Shown: piece after piece, positions 10,627 to 20,278 of the stretch
How positions within the stretch are numbered: the stretch's first letter is position 1
Layout of the letters: the number at the start of each line of letters is the position of its first letter
From: Anaerolineae bacterium
GTDB lineage: Bacteria > Chloroflexota > Anaerolineae > CG2-30-64-16
Direction: 5' to 3'
NCBI GenBank assembly: GCA_038214535.1
Contig: JBBQRS010000001.1
Location: 32,620-96,619 of the forward strand
DNA length: 64,000 nucleotides
Notes under the pieces: model-generated
Database searches by the model: none
Seen by the model: the letters and a program-made list of their open reading frames with translations, nothing else
Told to the model about the DNA's origin: nothing
Made by a program: the position numbers and the translations under genes

Positions 10627-12006
10627 TTAGCGATTGACGAGCAGCCGGTTGACGGCATCGGTCAACTCGGCCACGGTGCTCACCTGCAGGATGTTGGTGC
10701 AGAGCGGGGCGTATTTGAGCATATCGCTATCGCCGCTGCCCCATAACATCGGCGGCTCCGGGTTGAGCCAGATGGTGCGGTGGCTGCGGCGCGCGATCTG
10801 GCTGAACAGATCCAGCCGCGGGTCGTTGTAGTTGTTGCGCGCATCGCCCACCACAATGAACGTGGTACGATGATCTACGGTGTCCATGTAATCATGCTGG
10901 AACAACTCGAGGCTGTAGCCCAGGTCGGTGTTGTAATAGCCCGACGGCATTCGCAGCAGGACTTCGCCCACGGCGGTTTTGGCGTCGTTGCCCTCGAAAT
11001 CCGGCGAGATATATTCCAGCCGATCAATGAAGGCGAACGCGTGCGTCTTGCTGATCTGATCCTTCATGGCGTAGATCAGGCTTAGCATCAACTCGGAGCA
11101 GGGGCGCATCGAGGTGCTGATATCGCAGATCACGACCAGCTTCGGCTTGAGGCGGCGGTCGCGATGCTTGATCTCGATGGGCACGCTGCCGTGTTTCAGG
11201 TTCGCGCGGATGGTGGCCTTGGCGTCGAGCTGGCCCGTCTTGGCCCGCTTCTGGCGCAACGCCACGCGGCTGCGCAGCAGTGCGGCCAGCCGTTGCACCT
11301 CTTTGCGTAAGCGATCCATGTCACGGTCGGAGAGGGCATTGAATGGCCGGTTGAGCAACCCGTCAATGTCATCCTCACGCCGTTGTTCGCTCATGTTCTC
11401 GGCAATTTGCCGGCCCGCGTGTTGGCGCAGTTGCTCCATCAGGCTCTGCTGGTTCGCCTGCAAGATTTCGCGCATCTGATCGAGGCGCTGTTTGTTCATG
11501 CCCAGCTTTTCCAGCATCTCCTGCAACTGCTTCAATGCTTCCTGAACCTCGCGGAAACGCAACGCCTGCGCCATGCGCCGCGCCAACCAATCGCGTTGAC
11601 GCATGTCGTCGGCGCGATTCAGCCCCGTCATCTCGCCCAACCGGTCTAATTCTTCCTGGGTGAGTTGCTCGCCGCGCAGCAGGCGCTCCAGCATCTTTTG
11701 CAGTTGTTTGTTGAAGTTGCGCAGCGCCTCGGCCAGCATCGCGGCTTCTTCCAGCGTCATATCTTCGGCCAGGTTCATCATTGGCGGGGCATCGGCGTTA
11801 TCGAAGAAAAGCGGGAACAGCTCCTCGAAGGTTGCCAGGTCGCCCGCGTCCTTGACCAGCGTCGCGCGCAGGCTCAACCGAAACAGCTCGCGATCCATGA
11901 TCCCGAGCTGCTCCACCGCGCGGAACGCGTCGGCGCTCTCGGCCAGGCTGATGCGCACGCCGCCATTCCGCAGCGCCGTAATAAACTTGATAATGCGCTC
12001 TTCCAT
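10627..12006 (-). CDS. VWA domain protein, CoxE-like
   Basis: MIDAS motif DISTSM, GDARNN, WLNPE; lies downstream of a MoxR ATPase. Confidence 0.88.
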   Translation of the reverse strand: MEERIIKFITALRNGGVRISLAESADAFRAVEQLGIMDRELFRLSLRATLVKDAGDLATFEELFPLFFDNADAPPMMNLAEDMTLEEAAMLAEALRNFNKQLQKMLERLLRGEQLTQEELDRLGEMTGLNRADDMRQRDWLARRMAQALRFREVQEALKQLQEMLEKLGMNKQRLDQMREILQANQQSLMEQLRQHAGRQIAENMSEQRREDDIDGLLNRPFNALSDRDMDRLRKEVQRLAALLRSRVALRQKRAKTGQLDAKATIRANLKHGSVPIEIKHRDRRLKPKLVVICDISTSMRPCSELMLSLIYAMKDQISKTHAFAFIDRLEYISPDFEGNDAKTAVGEVLLRMPSGYYNTDLGYSLELFQHDYMDTVDHRTTFIVVGDARNNYNDPRLDLFSQIARRSHRTIWLNPEPPMLWGSGDSDMLKYAPLCTNILQVSTVAELTDAVNRLLVNR

Positions 12007-12037
12007 TGCTTGCTCCTCGACTTTAGCTCTTGACTCT

Positions 12038-12131
12038 GTAGTCTAGCCCTTTGTGGGCGTTCGGCCCGCAGACGCCCACGAGGGGCGAAACTACAGGGCA
12101 CGAGAGCAGACGCCACAAGGGGCTAGACTAC
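12038..12131. repeat. REPIN family A copy with an extra half unit
   Basis: GTAGTCTAGCCCTTTGTGGGCG...CTAC followed by a second GCCACAAGGGGCTAGACTAC. Confidence 0.8.
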
Positions 12132-12152
12132 GAGGGTGCGAGAGATTTTAAG

Positions 12153-13118
12153 TCAATTCAGCCGCCGGTAGGTGTCCTCATCATCCCAGCGCCGGCGCTC
12201 CGACGTGCCGCGATCCAGTTCTGCGCGCACGCGTTGCAGGTCGCTCTCGTGTTTCAGCAGCACGCTCAACGTCGTTTCAAGGGTGTCACGATCCAGGTTG
12301 CGCGCGTTCAGGGTGACCAGCGCCTTGGCCCAATCCAGCGTCTCGGAGATGCTGGGCGATTTGCGCAGGTCCATGTTCCGCAGGCGATGCACCAACTCGA
12401 CCGCCTGGCGCGCCAGTTTCGGCGCCAGCTCGGGGACTTTGAGTTGGACGACGTTCAACTCTTGCTCGACGTTGGGGTAATCAATGAAGAGGTAGAGACA
12501 ACGCCGTTTGAGGGCCTCGCTCAATTCGCGCGTGTTGTTGCTGGTGAGCACGACGAGGGGGCGATGCACCGCGACCAGCGTGCCCAACTCGGGGACGCTG
12601 ACTTGAAAGTCGCTCAGGACTTCGAGCAGGAAGGCCTCGAACTCGGCGTCCGCGCGGTCAATCTCGTCAATCAGCAACACCGCGGGCTTCTCGCTGAGGA
12701 TCGCCTTGAGCAGCGGGCGCTGCAACAAGAAGCGCATCGAGAAGAAGACGTCTTCCTCGGCGGCCAGCCGGTCGGCGGCAGCGGCCAGGCCCGTCGCGTC
12801 GGCCAGCGTCTCCTGGAGTTTGTCGCGCAGCAACTGCGTGTAGAGTAGTTGTTTCGCGTATTCCCATTCGTAGAGGGCCTTGGTCTCGTCCAACCCTTCA
12901 TAGCACTGAAGGCGGATCAGTTCGCGCCCCGTCGCGCCGGCGATGGCCTTTGCGAGCTCGGTCTTGCCGACGCCCGCGGGGCCTTCCGTCAGCAAGGGCT
13001 TGCCGAGTTGCTGGGCCAGATACATGATCGTCGCGATTTCGTCGTTGGCGATGTACTGTTGTTCACCCAGGGCGTTCTTCAACTGCTCAGGCGATTTGAA
13101 TTGTCGGGTAGTGTCCAT
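12153..13118 (-). CDS. MoxR-family AAA+ ATPase, CoxD-like
   Basis: GPAGVGKTE, LQCYEGLD, LLIDEIDRAD and ALKRRCLY. Confidence 0.9.
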   Translation of the reverse strand: MDTTRQFKSPEQLKNALGEQQYIANDEIATIMYLAQQLGKPLLTEGPAGVGKTELAKAIAGATGRELIRLQCYEGLDETKALYEWEYAKQLLYTQLLRDKLQETLADATGLAAAADRLAAEEDVFFSMRFLLQRPLLKAILSEKPAVLLIDEIDRADAEFEAFLLEVLSDFQVSVPELGTLVAVHRPLVVLTSNNTRELSEALKRRCLYLFIDYPNVEQELNVVQLKVPELAPKLARQAVELVHRLRNMDLRKSPSISETLDWAKALVTLNARNLDRDTLETTLSVLLKHESDLQRVRAELDRGTSERRRWDDEDTYRRLN

Positions 13119-13210
13119 GCCACGCACCTTTCCATCGAGTCTATAGGGCGATCATACGGCATTTATCGCCCGTGTTCTGCAAGCTGGCTTCTGGTATGGG
13201 GAAATGGCGC

Positions 13211-13240
13211 AAAAAAACACCCCCACGAATCGTGGAGGTG
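13211..13240 (-). terminator. Rho-independent terminator downstream of the tRNA
   Basis: Minus-strand CACCTCCAC/GTGGGGGTG hairpin followed by T7. Confidence 0.75.
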
Positions 13241-13260
13241 CGCCCCGGTGTTTATATCAG

Positions 13261-13332
13261 TACCCCCAGCAGGACTCGAACCTGCGCTTTCGGCTCCGGA
13301 GGCCGACGCTCTATCCACTGAGCTATGGGGGC
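13261..13332 (-). tRNA. tRNA-Arg (anticodon CCG), CCA not encoded
   Basis: GCCCCCATAGCTCAGTGGATAGAGCG-TCGGC-CT-CCG-GA-GCCGA...GGTTCGAGTCC...TGGGGGTA folds as a cloverleaf. Confidence 0.95.
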
Positions 13333-13489
13333 TACAGAGTCCAGTATATCATAGCCGGGGAAGCGTGCAAAACAGATCGGATAAAAAGTACGGGCCGAAG
13401 TTAGGCACTGCCAGCCCTGCCTAACCCCGACCACGTTAAGCTAAGTGTATGCGATTTACCCGTTCACCTAAGTGATGCGTCATACCATG

Positions 13490-14263
13490 TTAAAAGACGC
13501 GCAAGATCGTTGCCAGAATCACGATAAGTGCCAGAAAACCGGCGGCCAACCAGTCGGGGCGGCGCATGTGGAGTGGCTTGAAAACGGTCCGGTGGTCGGA
13601 TGCGCCCAGGCCCCGCGCCTCCAGCGCCCAGCCGAGCGCCTCACCGTGACGCAGCGCCGACACCACCAGCGCGATCAGGATCGGCTGGTACGCCTGCACC
13701 CGCTCGCGCAGGCTGCCCGCGTCCAGGTCGAGGCCGCGCGCCTGCTGGGCGTCTTTGATGCGCGCGTAGAGGCTGCCGAAGGTGGGCAGATAGCGGAACG
13801 CCAGGGCCAGCGTCAGGCCCCACTCATAGGGCATGTGGAGCGCGACGAACCCGCGCACCATGTCGGTCTGATCGGTGGTGTAAAGCCAGACGGCGAACAC
13901 CATCGCCAGGGCCAGCAATCTGAGCGCCAGCAGCGCGCCCTGCTCGATGCCGGCGACGCGGACGTTGAGCGGGCCGAGCGAGAAGAGGATGGGGCTGTCC
14001 CCGCCCGCAAACAACGCAGAGAGGACGAAGATCAACAGCATCACGATGCTCATGTTGCGCCAAAGCCGCAAGATGCGTTGCGCCGGGACGCGCGCCGTCA
14101 GCAACAGCAGGGAGCACGTCGCGATCAGGCCGAGCTGCATCCAGGCAAAGGGATACATAAACGCCAGCAGCGTCGCCGTCACCACGAAGGCCAGCTTGAC
14201 GCGGGGATCGAGGCGGTGCAGCCAACTGTCGCCACGGAGGTAAAGCTGAAAATCGGTACGCAT
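13490..14263 (-). CDS. ecfT: ECF transporter transmembrane T component
   Basis: LHRLDPRVKL and two ARG motifs (QQARG, LEARG); hydrophobic. Confidence 0.9.
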   Translation of the reverse strand: MRTDFQLYLRGDSWLHRLDPRVKLAFVVTATLLAFMYPFAWMQLGLIATCSLLLLTARVPAQRILRLWRNMSIVMLLIFVLSALFAGGDSPILFSLGPLNVRVAGIEQGALLALRLLALAMVFAVWLYTTDQTDMVRGFVALHMPYEWGLTLALAFRYLPTFGSLYARIKDAQQARGLDLDAGSLRERVQAYQPILIALVVSALRHGEALGWALEARGLGASDHRTVFKPLHMRRPDWLAAGFLALIVILATILRVF

Positions 14264-14264
14264 G

Positions 14265-15989
14265 TTATGGCCGCCCGACCCAGGCGGCGACAAACTGCTC
14301 CGGCGTGAGGATGTCGGTGGGCATCCCCGACCATGCGAGTCTTTCGGCCAGCCGCCGGACGCGCGGCGCCATCAACCCCGCTTCGGCCAGAACGCGCTTT
14401 TCGCCAAACAACGCAGCGGGCGCACCGTCGAAGATCACTTGGCCCGATGACAATGCAACGACCCGGCGGGCGTAATTCGCAACCAGCCGCAGATCGTGGG
14501 TGATCAGCAACACGGTTCCGCCGCCCGCGTTGAACTGCTGCACGACGCGCATGATCTCGCGCTGACTACGCGCGTCCAGGCTATCGGTCGGCTCATCGAG
14601 GATCAGGGTGTCGGGCTGCGTGACGAGAACCGATGCCAATGCTACGAGCCGACGCTGCCCGTAGCCCAGCGAAGCGGGCGGCTGATCGGCATGTGCGGCC
14701 AGCCCGAACAGGTCGAGTGCCTTCGCGACCTGCTGCCCGACCACGGCCGCGGGCGCGCCCTGGACGCGCAACCCGAAGGCCAGCTCATCACGCACGGTCG
14801 CGGCGAAGATCTGGTGATCCGGGTTCTGGAAGACGTAGCCCACCCGCCGCGCCAGCGCGGACGTGCGCTGTGTGCGGGTATCCAACCCATCCACCGAAAC
14901 CGAACCCGCCGCGGGTTGCAACAATCCGTTTAGATGGCGCGCGAGGGTCGTTTTTCCTGATCCGTTGCGTCCCACCAGCGCGACGAACTCGCCGCGCCAC
15001 AGGTTCAGGTTGACGTCGCGCAGCGCCGCCCGTTCCGCGTCGTAGCTGTAAAAAAGATGCTCGATGCGGATTTGTGGCGGGTCCGCGGACGGGATAGGGA
15101 CGACTGTCGGGGCAGGGATGATGTCACCATGCGGCGTTTCTCGCCGCAGACGCCGGTATGCGGCGCTTACCGTGTTGAACTGGTAGGCGCGCCCCGTTGC
15201 TGCGCTCAAGCGCCGGCTCAACTCGGTCATTTCGGGCGTCGCCAGCCCCAGCGCGTGCAACGTGTCTGCCTCGCGGAGAATCTCTTCAGGCGCGCCGTCC
15301 AGCGCGAGCACGCCCTCATCGAGCACGAGGATCCGATCCGCATAGCGCAGGGCGCGCTCGGTTTCCTGCGTCGCCATCAGGACGGTCATACCGTGTTGCC
15401 GGGTGAGGTCGGCCAGCACGCCGAAGATCGCGGCCTTGCCCGCTGGGTCGAGGCTGGCGGTCGGCTCATCCAGCACGAGCGTCTGCGGGCGCATCGCCAG
15501 GACGGCGGCAATCGCCACCCGTTGCTTCTCACCGCCCGAAAGGAGCAGGGGCGAGCGGTCGCGGAAATCGGTCAGCCCGGTGACGCGCAGCGCCCACGCC
15601 AGGCGCTCGGCGATTTCGTCGGGCGGGACGCCCAAGTTCTCGGGGCCGAAGGCGATCTCGTCGTCCACGCGGGTATGGATCAGTTGGACTTCGGGGTCTT
15701 GAAAGACCATGCCGCTGAGGGGCGCCAGCGCCGCCACGGGGTGCTCTTTCGTGTTCCGGCCCTGCACCCACACGTCACCCCGGAAGACGCCGCCCGTCGC
15801 GTTGGGGATCAACCCGTTCAGCGTCAGGCAGAGTGTGGTTTTGCCTGCGCCCACCCGCCCTAACAGCGCCACGAATTGGCCGCGCGGAATCTCCACATTG
15901 ACACCCCGCAGCACAGGCTGCGGGGGTAAATCTGGCCGGGCCGCCGGATATGCGTAATAGAGATCTCGGACGAGGATATCCGCTGTCAA
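14265..15989 (-). CDS. ECF transporter fused double ATPase (A-A')
   Basis: Two Walker A motifs (GRVGAGKT, GRNGSGKT), VFQDPE/VFQNPD Q-helices and LDEPT twice; adjacent to ecfT. Confidence 0.9.
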   Translation of the reverse strand: MTADILVRDLYYAYPAARPDLPPQPVLRGVNVEIPRGQFVALLGRVGAGKTTLCLTLNGLIPNATGGVFRGDVWVQGRNTKEHPVAALAPLSGMVFQDPEVQLIHTRVDDEIAFGPENLGVPPDEIAERLAWALRVTGLTDFRDRSPLLLSGGEKQRVAIAAVLAMRPQTLVLDEPTASLDPAGKAAIFGVLADLTRQHGMTVLMATQETERALRYADRILVLDEGVLALDGAPEEILREADTLHALGLATPEMTELSRRLSAATGRAYQFNTVSAAYRRLRRETPHGDIIPAPTVVPIPSADPPQIRIEHLFYSYDAERAALRDVNLNLWRGEFVALVGRNGSGKTTLARHLNGLLQPAAGSVSVDGLDTRTQRTSALARRVGYVFQNPDHQIFAATVRDELAFGLRVQGAPAAVVGQQVAKALDLFGLAAHADQPPASLGYGQRRLVALASVLVTQPDTLILDEPTDSLDARSQREIMRVVQQFNAGGGTVLLITHDLRLVANYARRVVALSSGQVIFDGAPAALFGEKRVLAEAGLMAPRVRRLAERLAWSGMPTDILTPEQFVAAWVGRP

Positions 15990-16025
15990 ACTTAACTCAA
16001 CAATTCTTCAGGGACTTTACCATCT

Positions 16026-16083
16026 GTAGTCTAGCCCCTTGTGGGCGCCCGGCGCGACGAACGCCCACAAGGGGCTAGACAAC
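16026..16083. repeat. REPIN family A copy
   Basis: GTAGTCTAGCCCCTTGTGGGCG...CGCCCACAAGGGGCTAGAC. Confidence 0.85.
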
Positions 16084-16089
16084 CAGTTT

Positions 16090-17076
16090 TTATTTGGGTA
16101 AAAACGAAGGATCCACCATCTCCTGATAGGTCACGCTGCGGTCGAGCAGGCCCTTATCCTGCATCCACGCGATGACGTCGGCCACTTCGGCCTCTGTCGG
16201 GACGCCGGCCTCCGGGAAGGGCGGCATCTGATAGCTGTCTTGCACCGATTCCGGCACGCGTCCTTGCTCGATCAGCAAGCCGCGGTATTTCTCCGGGTTC
16301 GCGTTGAGCTCTACCACGGCCTTGTTCCACGCCGCCAGGAACTTGCGCACCGTCCCCGGCTTCGCAGTCAGGGCGTCGCTGCTGAACGTCAGCACCGACT
16401 GTGCGACTTCGGGATGCTGCGAGTCATCGGCGATCAGCTTTGCCCCTGCCGCGATCGCGCCCGACGCGAGCGGATCAGGCAGCGTGGCCGCCTTGAGGTT
16501 GCCGTTCATCAACTGCTCGAAGCGCACGGGAATCGCGCTCACTTCCACGATGGCAATGTTTTCGGCGGGCACACCTTCGGCGGTAAGAATGCGGTCGGTG
16601 AGATATTCGATGACGGTATTCTGGCTGATCCCGATGGGTACGTCTTTGAGGTCGGTGGGCGCGGTCAAGCCTGTGTCCGGCCCGGCGAGAATGCGAAACA
16701 TCGGCGCGTTCGGGTAGGGCCGGCGCGACGTGTAAACAGCTTTAACGCGCGGCTCCTGCTTGTTGAGCAATGCCGTCGAAGGCAGGTCGGTCAGCACGCC
16801 GTCCGCCTGGCCCGTCTGGATCAACACATCACGTTCTTGCGCGCTCTTCACCGGGATCGCTTCGACCTCGATGCCCGCGTCTGCGAAATAGCCGTTTTGC
16901 TGGGCCACGTACAGCGGTAGGACATCCAGCACCGGCAATAGTCCTATCTTGAGTTTTGCATCTTCCGCCGCGGGGCTCGCGGTTTCTGTTTGGAGTGGAA
17001 CACACCCGGCCAGAAGCCCAACCAGGGCAATGACGGCCAGTAAGGTCCACCTGCGGCCGACATAAATCTGTTTCAT
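16090..17076 (-). CDS. ABC substrate-binding lipoprotein, NMT1/SsuA/NlpA-like
   Basis: Lipobox LLAGC; LPLYVAQQNGYFADAGIEVE pattern; AGGAGA SD. Confidence 0.8.
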   Translation of the reverse strand: MKQIYVGRRWTLLAVIALVGLLAGCVPLQTETASPAAEDAKLKIGLLPVLDVLPLYVAQQNGYFADAGIEVEAIPVKSAQERDVLIQTGQADGVLTDLPSTALLNKQEPRVKAVYTSRRPYPNAPMFRILAGPDTGLTAPTDLKDVPIGISQNTVIEYLTDRILTAEGVPAENIAIVEVSAIPVRFEQLMNGNLKAATLPDPLASGAIAAGAKLIADDSQHPEVAQSVLTFSSDALTAKPGTVRKFLAAWNKAVVELNANPEKYRGLLIEQGRVPESVQDSYQMPPFPEAGVPTEAEVADVIAWMQDKGLLDRSVTYQEMVDPSFLPK

Positions 17077-17132
17077 CCTAAACACATCTCCTATCAACAC
17101 GATACAAGCATCATACAGGCTGACGCTTGAAA

Positions 17133-17705
17133 TTATAGCACAGGCGCACCAAAGAGATGTGTCATAACCACGCGCAGCCCGATGCCGATCAGGATCAGTC
17201 CGCCGACGATTTCCATGCTCTTGCCGAACCGTTTGCCCAGTTTATGCCCCGCCAGCAACCCGATGAGCGAGAGTGCGGCGGTGATGATGCCGATGACCAC
17301 TGCCGGATAGATGATGTTGACGCGCAGCATTGCCAGGCTAAGGCCTACGGCGAAGGCGTCAATGCTGACGGCTATGCTCAGCATAATCAGCGTCATCCCG
17401 CGCGACGGGTCTGTGTCATGACATTCGCCGTTCGGATCCAGCCCCGAACGGATCATGCGAATTCCGACGAAAGAGAGCAAGCCCAGCGCGATCCAGTGGT
17501 CAACCGGGGCGATCAGTCCCGCGACGCGCGACCCGATGAGCCAGCCCAGGATGGGCATGAACGCCTGGAAGAGCCCGAAGTGAAACGAGAGTCGAAACAG
17601 CGGTCTTGGCCCATAAGCATAATGCGTGGTTCCAATGCAGAGCGAGACGGCGAAGGCATCCATCGCCAGCCCGATCGCAATCAGCACAACATCGGCAAAA
17701 TCCAT
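17133..17705 (-). CDS. mntP: Manganese efflux pump MntP
   Basis: Duplicated LAMDAFAVS / SIDAFAVG motifs and FGLFQAFMP. Confidence 0.9.
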   Translation of the reverse strand: MDFADVVLIAIGLAMDAFAVSLCIGTTHYAYGPRPLFRLSFHFGLFQAFMPILGWLIGSRVAGLIAPVDHWIALGLLSFVGIRMIRSGLDPNGECHDTDPSRGMTLIMLSIAVSIDAFAVGLSLAMLRVNIIYPAVVIGIITAALSLIGLLAGHKLGKRFGKSMEIVGGLILIGIGLRVVMTHLFGAPVL

Positions 17706-17724
17706 TTGTCCTCTGTAGACATGC

Positions 17725-17762
17725 AAAACCGGCCGAACCCCGCTGAGCGCAGGTCGGCCGGC
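17725..17762 (-). terminator. Putative terminator between the ABC permease and mntP
   Basis: Minus-strand CCGGCCGA...TCGGCCGG hairpin followed by TTTT. Confidence 0.55.
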
Positions 17763-17800
17763 GCATCTTGATCGTGTGATGATAAAGTGACGCTACTGAG

Positions 17801-18895
17801 TTACTTTTCGTACGGCTGTCCATCGGCTGCCGGGGGCGTCGCCCGGCCCATCACACCCGCCAGAACTGCCATCGTGAGGATGTACGGCAGCATTTGCGGG
17901 ATTTGCGACGGGATATCCGGCCGGAAAATGCTGATTGTGGTCGTGACGCTGCTGCCCAGGCCAAAGATCAACGCGCCCAGCAACGCGCCAAAGGGCATCC
18001 ATTTACCGAAGATCATCGCGGCCAACCCGATGAAGCCGAGGCCGTTGGTCATGCCGGGGTTGAACACATCTACGGCTTCCAGGGTGAACCACGCGCCGCC
18101 CAACCCGGCGATCAGGCTACCGATCCACACGGCGGTATAGCGGGTGCGATAGACGTTGACGCCAAGCGTATCCGCGGCCCGCGGATGCTCGCCGACGGCG
18201 CGGGTGCGCAGCCCCCAGCGGGTGTAGAACAGGGAAAATTGTGCAACGATCACCACGATCAGCATGATGTACACCAGCGGCTTTTGCTGAAACAGGACGG
18301 AGCCGATGATCGGAATTTGCGACAGCCCCGGAATCGGCATCGTCGGAAATGTGCCCGGCCCCGCCGGAATGTTTTCGGCCAAAAACTGCCGGTACATGTA
18401 GCCCGTAATGCCCAGCGACAGCATATTGACGACCGTACCGCTGATAATCTGGTCGGTCTTGAACTTGATGGACACCACAGAATGTAACATCCCCAGCGCC
18501 AGCGCGCCGAGCATCCCCGCGCCCATCGCCAGCCAGCGGCTCACCTGGCCCGCAGTTTCCGGACCCAGCGGCCCCTGCATCGCCTGGAAGCTGAAGAGGT
18601 TGACGCCGTAGCAAACCATCGCCGCCATGAGCATCTGGCCTTCGATACCGATATTCACGATGCCTGATCGCTCACAGATCAGGCCGCACAACGCCGCGAA
18701 CGCGATCGGCGTTGCCACGCGCAGGGTTTGCGACAGCGTGCCTTCGACGCATTTCGCGTCACACTGGCCGCCGATGATGACGTTGAGGAGGAACCATCCG
18801 AACACCAGGGCGAAGAGGCCGAACAGGGCGTTCACCCACCAGCGTCCGCGCCAGCGTGATGTCTGATTTGATAGCGTGCGCGTTGCAGTCGTCAT
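17801..18895 (-). CDS. BMP/nucleoside-type ABC transporter permease 2
   Basis: ERSGIVNIGIEG and RAVGEHPRAADTLGVNV. Confidence 0.9.
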   Translation of the reverse strand: MTTATRTLSNQTSRWRGRWWVNALFGLFALVFGWFLLNVIIGGQCDAKCVEGTLSQTLRVATPIAFAALCGLICERSGIVNIGIEGQMLMAAMVCYGVNLFSFQAMQGPLGPETAGQVSRWLAMGAGMLGALALGMLHSVVSIKFKTDQIISGTVVNMLSLGITGYMYRQFLAENIPAGPGTFPTMPIPGLSQIPIIGSVLFQQKPLVYIMLIVVIVAQFSLFYTRWGLRTRAVGEHPRAADTLGVNVYRTRYTAVWIGSLIAGLGGAWFTLEAVDVFNPGMTNGLGFIGLAAMIFGKWMPFGALLGALIFGLGSSVTTTISIFRPDIPSQIPQMLPYILTMAVLAGVMGRATPPAADGQPYEK

Positions 18896-18898
18896 GGC

Positions 18899-20278
18899 TC
18901 AACCTCCCCAGCCGCGCGTCAGCGGCGCTTCGGCGGCGGCGTCTTCGGGCGGCTTAATGCGATACATCCAGCGGATGATGGGCGGCGCGGCCACGAAGAG
19001 CAGCACCAATGCCTGGATGATCGTGATCACATATTTAGATACCCCGGAATAAAGCTCCATTGTGTCGGCGCCGTTGCGCATCGCGCCGAAGAGGAACGCC
19101 GAGATCAGGATGCCGAACGGGTTGTTCTTGCCCAGCAGCGCGATGGCAATGCTATCGAAGCCGTAGCCGCTGGAGAAGAAGAGCGGCAGGCACCGGCAGA
19201 TAGACACCCCCAGCACTTCGATGGTGCCGGCCAGCCCCGCCAATGCGCCTGAAATTGCCATCGCCGTCACAATGTTGCGCGAGATATTGATGCCGGCATA
19301 TTTCGCTGCGCTGGGGTTGGCCCCCACCGTGCGCAGGCTGAACCCGAGGGTCGTTTGTTGCAACAACCACCAGACGCCGATGGCCGTCATTACCGCCATA
19401 AACAGGCCGATGTGCAACCGGTCATAGGGGTCCTGGAACGGCCACCATGCCTGAGTCAAGGGCGGCAGCAGGAAAAACGTAAGCAGCGCAACCACGCCGC
19501 CGATGATCCAGGGCAAAGTCTGCGGCGAGCGCAGGCCGCGCCTGGTCGTGTCTGTCCCGCCCGGCCGGCTCCTGACGATCAAATGCGTGATGAACCAGGC
19601 CGAAACGCCCAGCGCCACCGCGGCCAGCAGCGCATTGAGGGGATTTTGCAGCCGCTCCGGGATCGCATAAAGCGTCCAGAGTTCGGCGTTGGGCGAGACA
19701 CGGGATGTTTGCACGGCGCTGGCATTGGGGTCGCGTAATGGCCCGCTGATGAGCAGTTCGGTCAGGCGGAACGCGATATAATTCATCATGATCGTATTAA
19801 TGACTTCGTGCGCGCCCGTCTTCGCCTTGAGATAACCCGGAATGGCCGCCCAGACCGCGCCGCCCAGCGCCCCTGCCGCTAACGCCAGCGGCAGGTGGAT
19901 GAATGCCGGCAGGCTATTCGTGAGTTGGCCCACCCAGGCCGCCGACACCGCGCCGATGTAGAATTGCCCTTCGACGCCGATGTTGAATAGCCCTGACTTG
20001 AAGCCCACCGCGACACCCAATGCCAGGAACACGTAGGGAATCGTCGCCACCAGGGTTTCCGAGAGGCCACGCTCCTTGAAAAAGGCCCCGCGAATCAGCC
20101 CGCGGTAGGCTTCGAACACCGTATTCAGGCTGCCGCTGGTGATCCAGATAAGCAGGGCGCCGAATAGAAAGGCGGTGAACAGCGCCAGCAACGGCAGGCC
20201 AAACATCTGCCCCAGGCCTTGTAAACGCGACTTCTGTGGCGAATCTTCCGAGCCCGATGTTGTAACTGCATTAGCCAT
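18899..20278 (-). CDS. BMP/nucleoside-type ABC transporter permease 1
   Basis: GLFNIGVEGQ, HEVINTIMMNYIA and GANPSAAKYAGI. Confidence 0.9.
   Translation of the reverse strand: MANAVTTSGSEDSPQKSRLQGLGQMFGLPLLALFTAFLFGALLIWITSGSLNTVFEAYRGLIRGAFFKERGLSETLVATIPYVFLALGVAVGFKSGLFNIGVEGQFYIGAVSAAWVGQLTNSLPAFIHLPLALAAGALGGAVWAAIPGYLKAKTGAHEVINTIMMNYIAFRLTELLISGPLRDPNASAVQTSRVSPNAELWTLYAIPERLQNPLNALLAAVALGVSAWFITHLIVRSRPGGTDTTRRGLRSPQTLPWIIGGVVALLTFFLLPPLTQAWWPFQDPYDRLHIGLFMAVMTAIGVWWLLQQTTLGFSLRTVGANPSAAKYAGINISRNIVTAMAISGALAGLAGTIEVLGVSICRCLPLFFSSGYGFDSIAIALLGKNNPFGILISAFLFGAMRNGADTMELYSGVSKYVITIIQALVLLFVAAPPIIRWMYRIKPPEDAAAEAPLTRGWGG

Noticed and set aside
10627-13118. CoxD/CoxE-like pair as evidence for a CO dehydrogenase
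   Set aside because: No coxLMS or other molybdoenzyme genes in the window; MoxR-VWA pairs are widespread.
13261-13332. tRNA-Arg as an island integration site
   Set aside because: No integrase, no duplicated tRNA 3' end noticed, and ordinary flanking genes.
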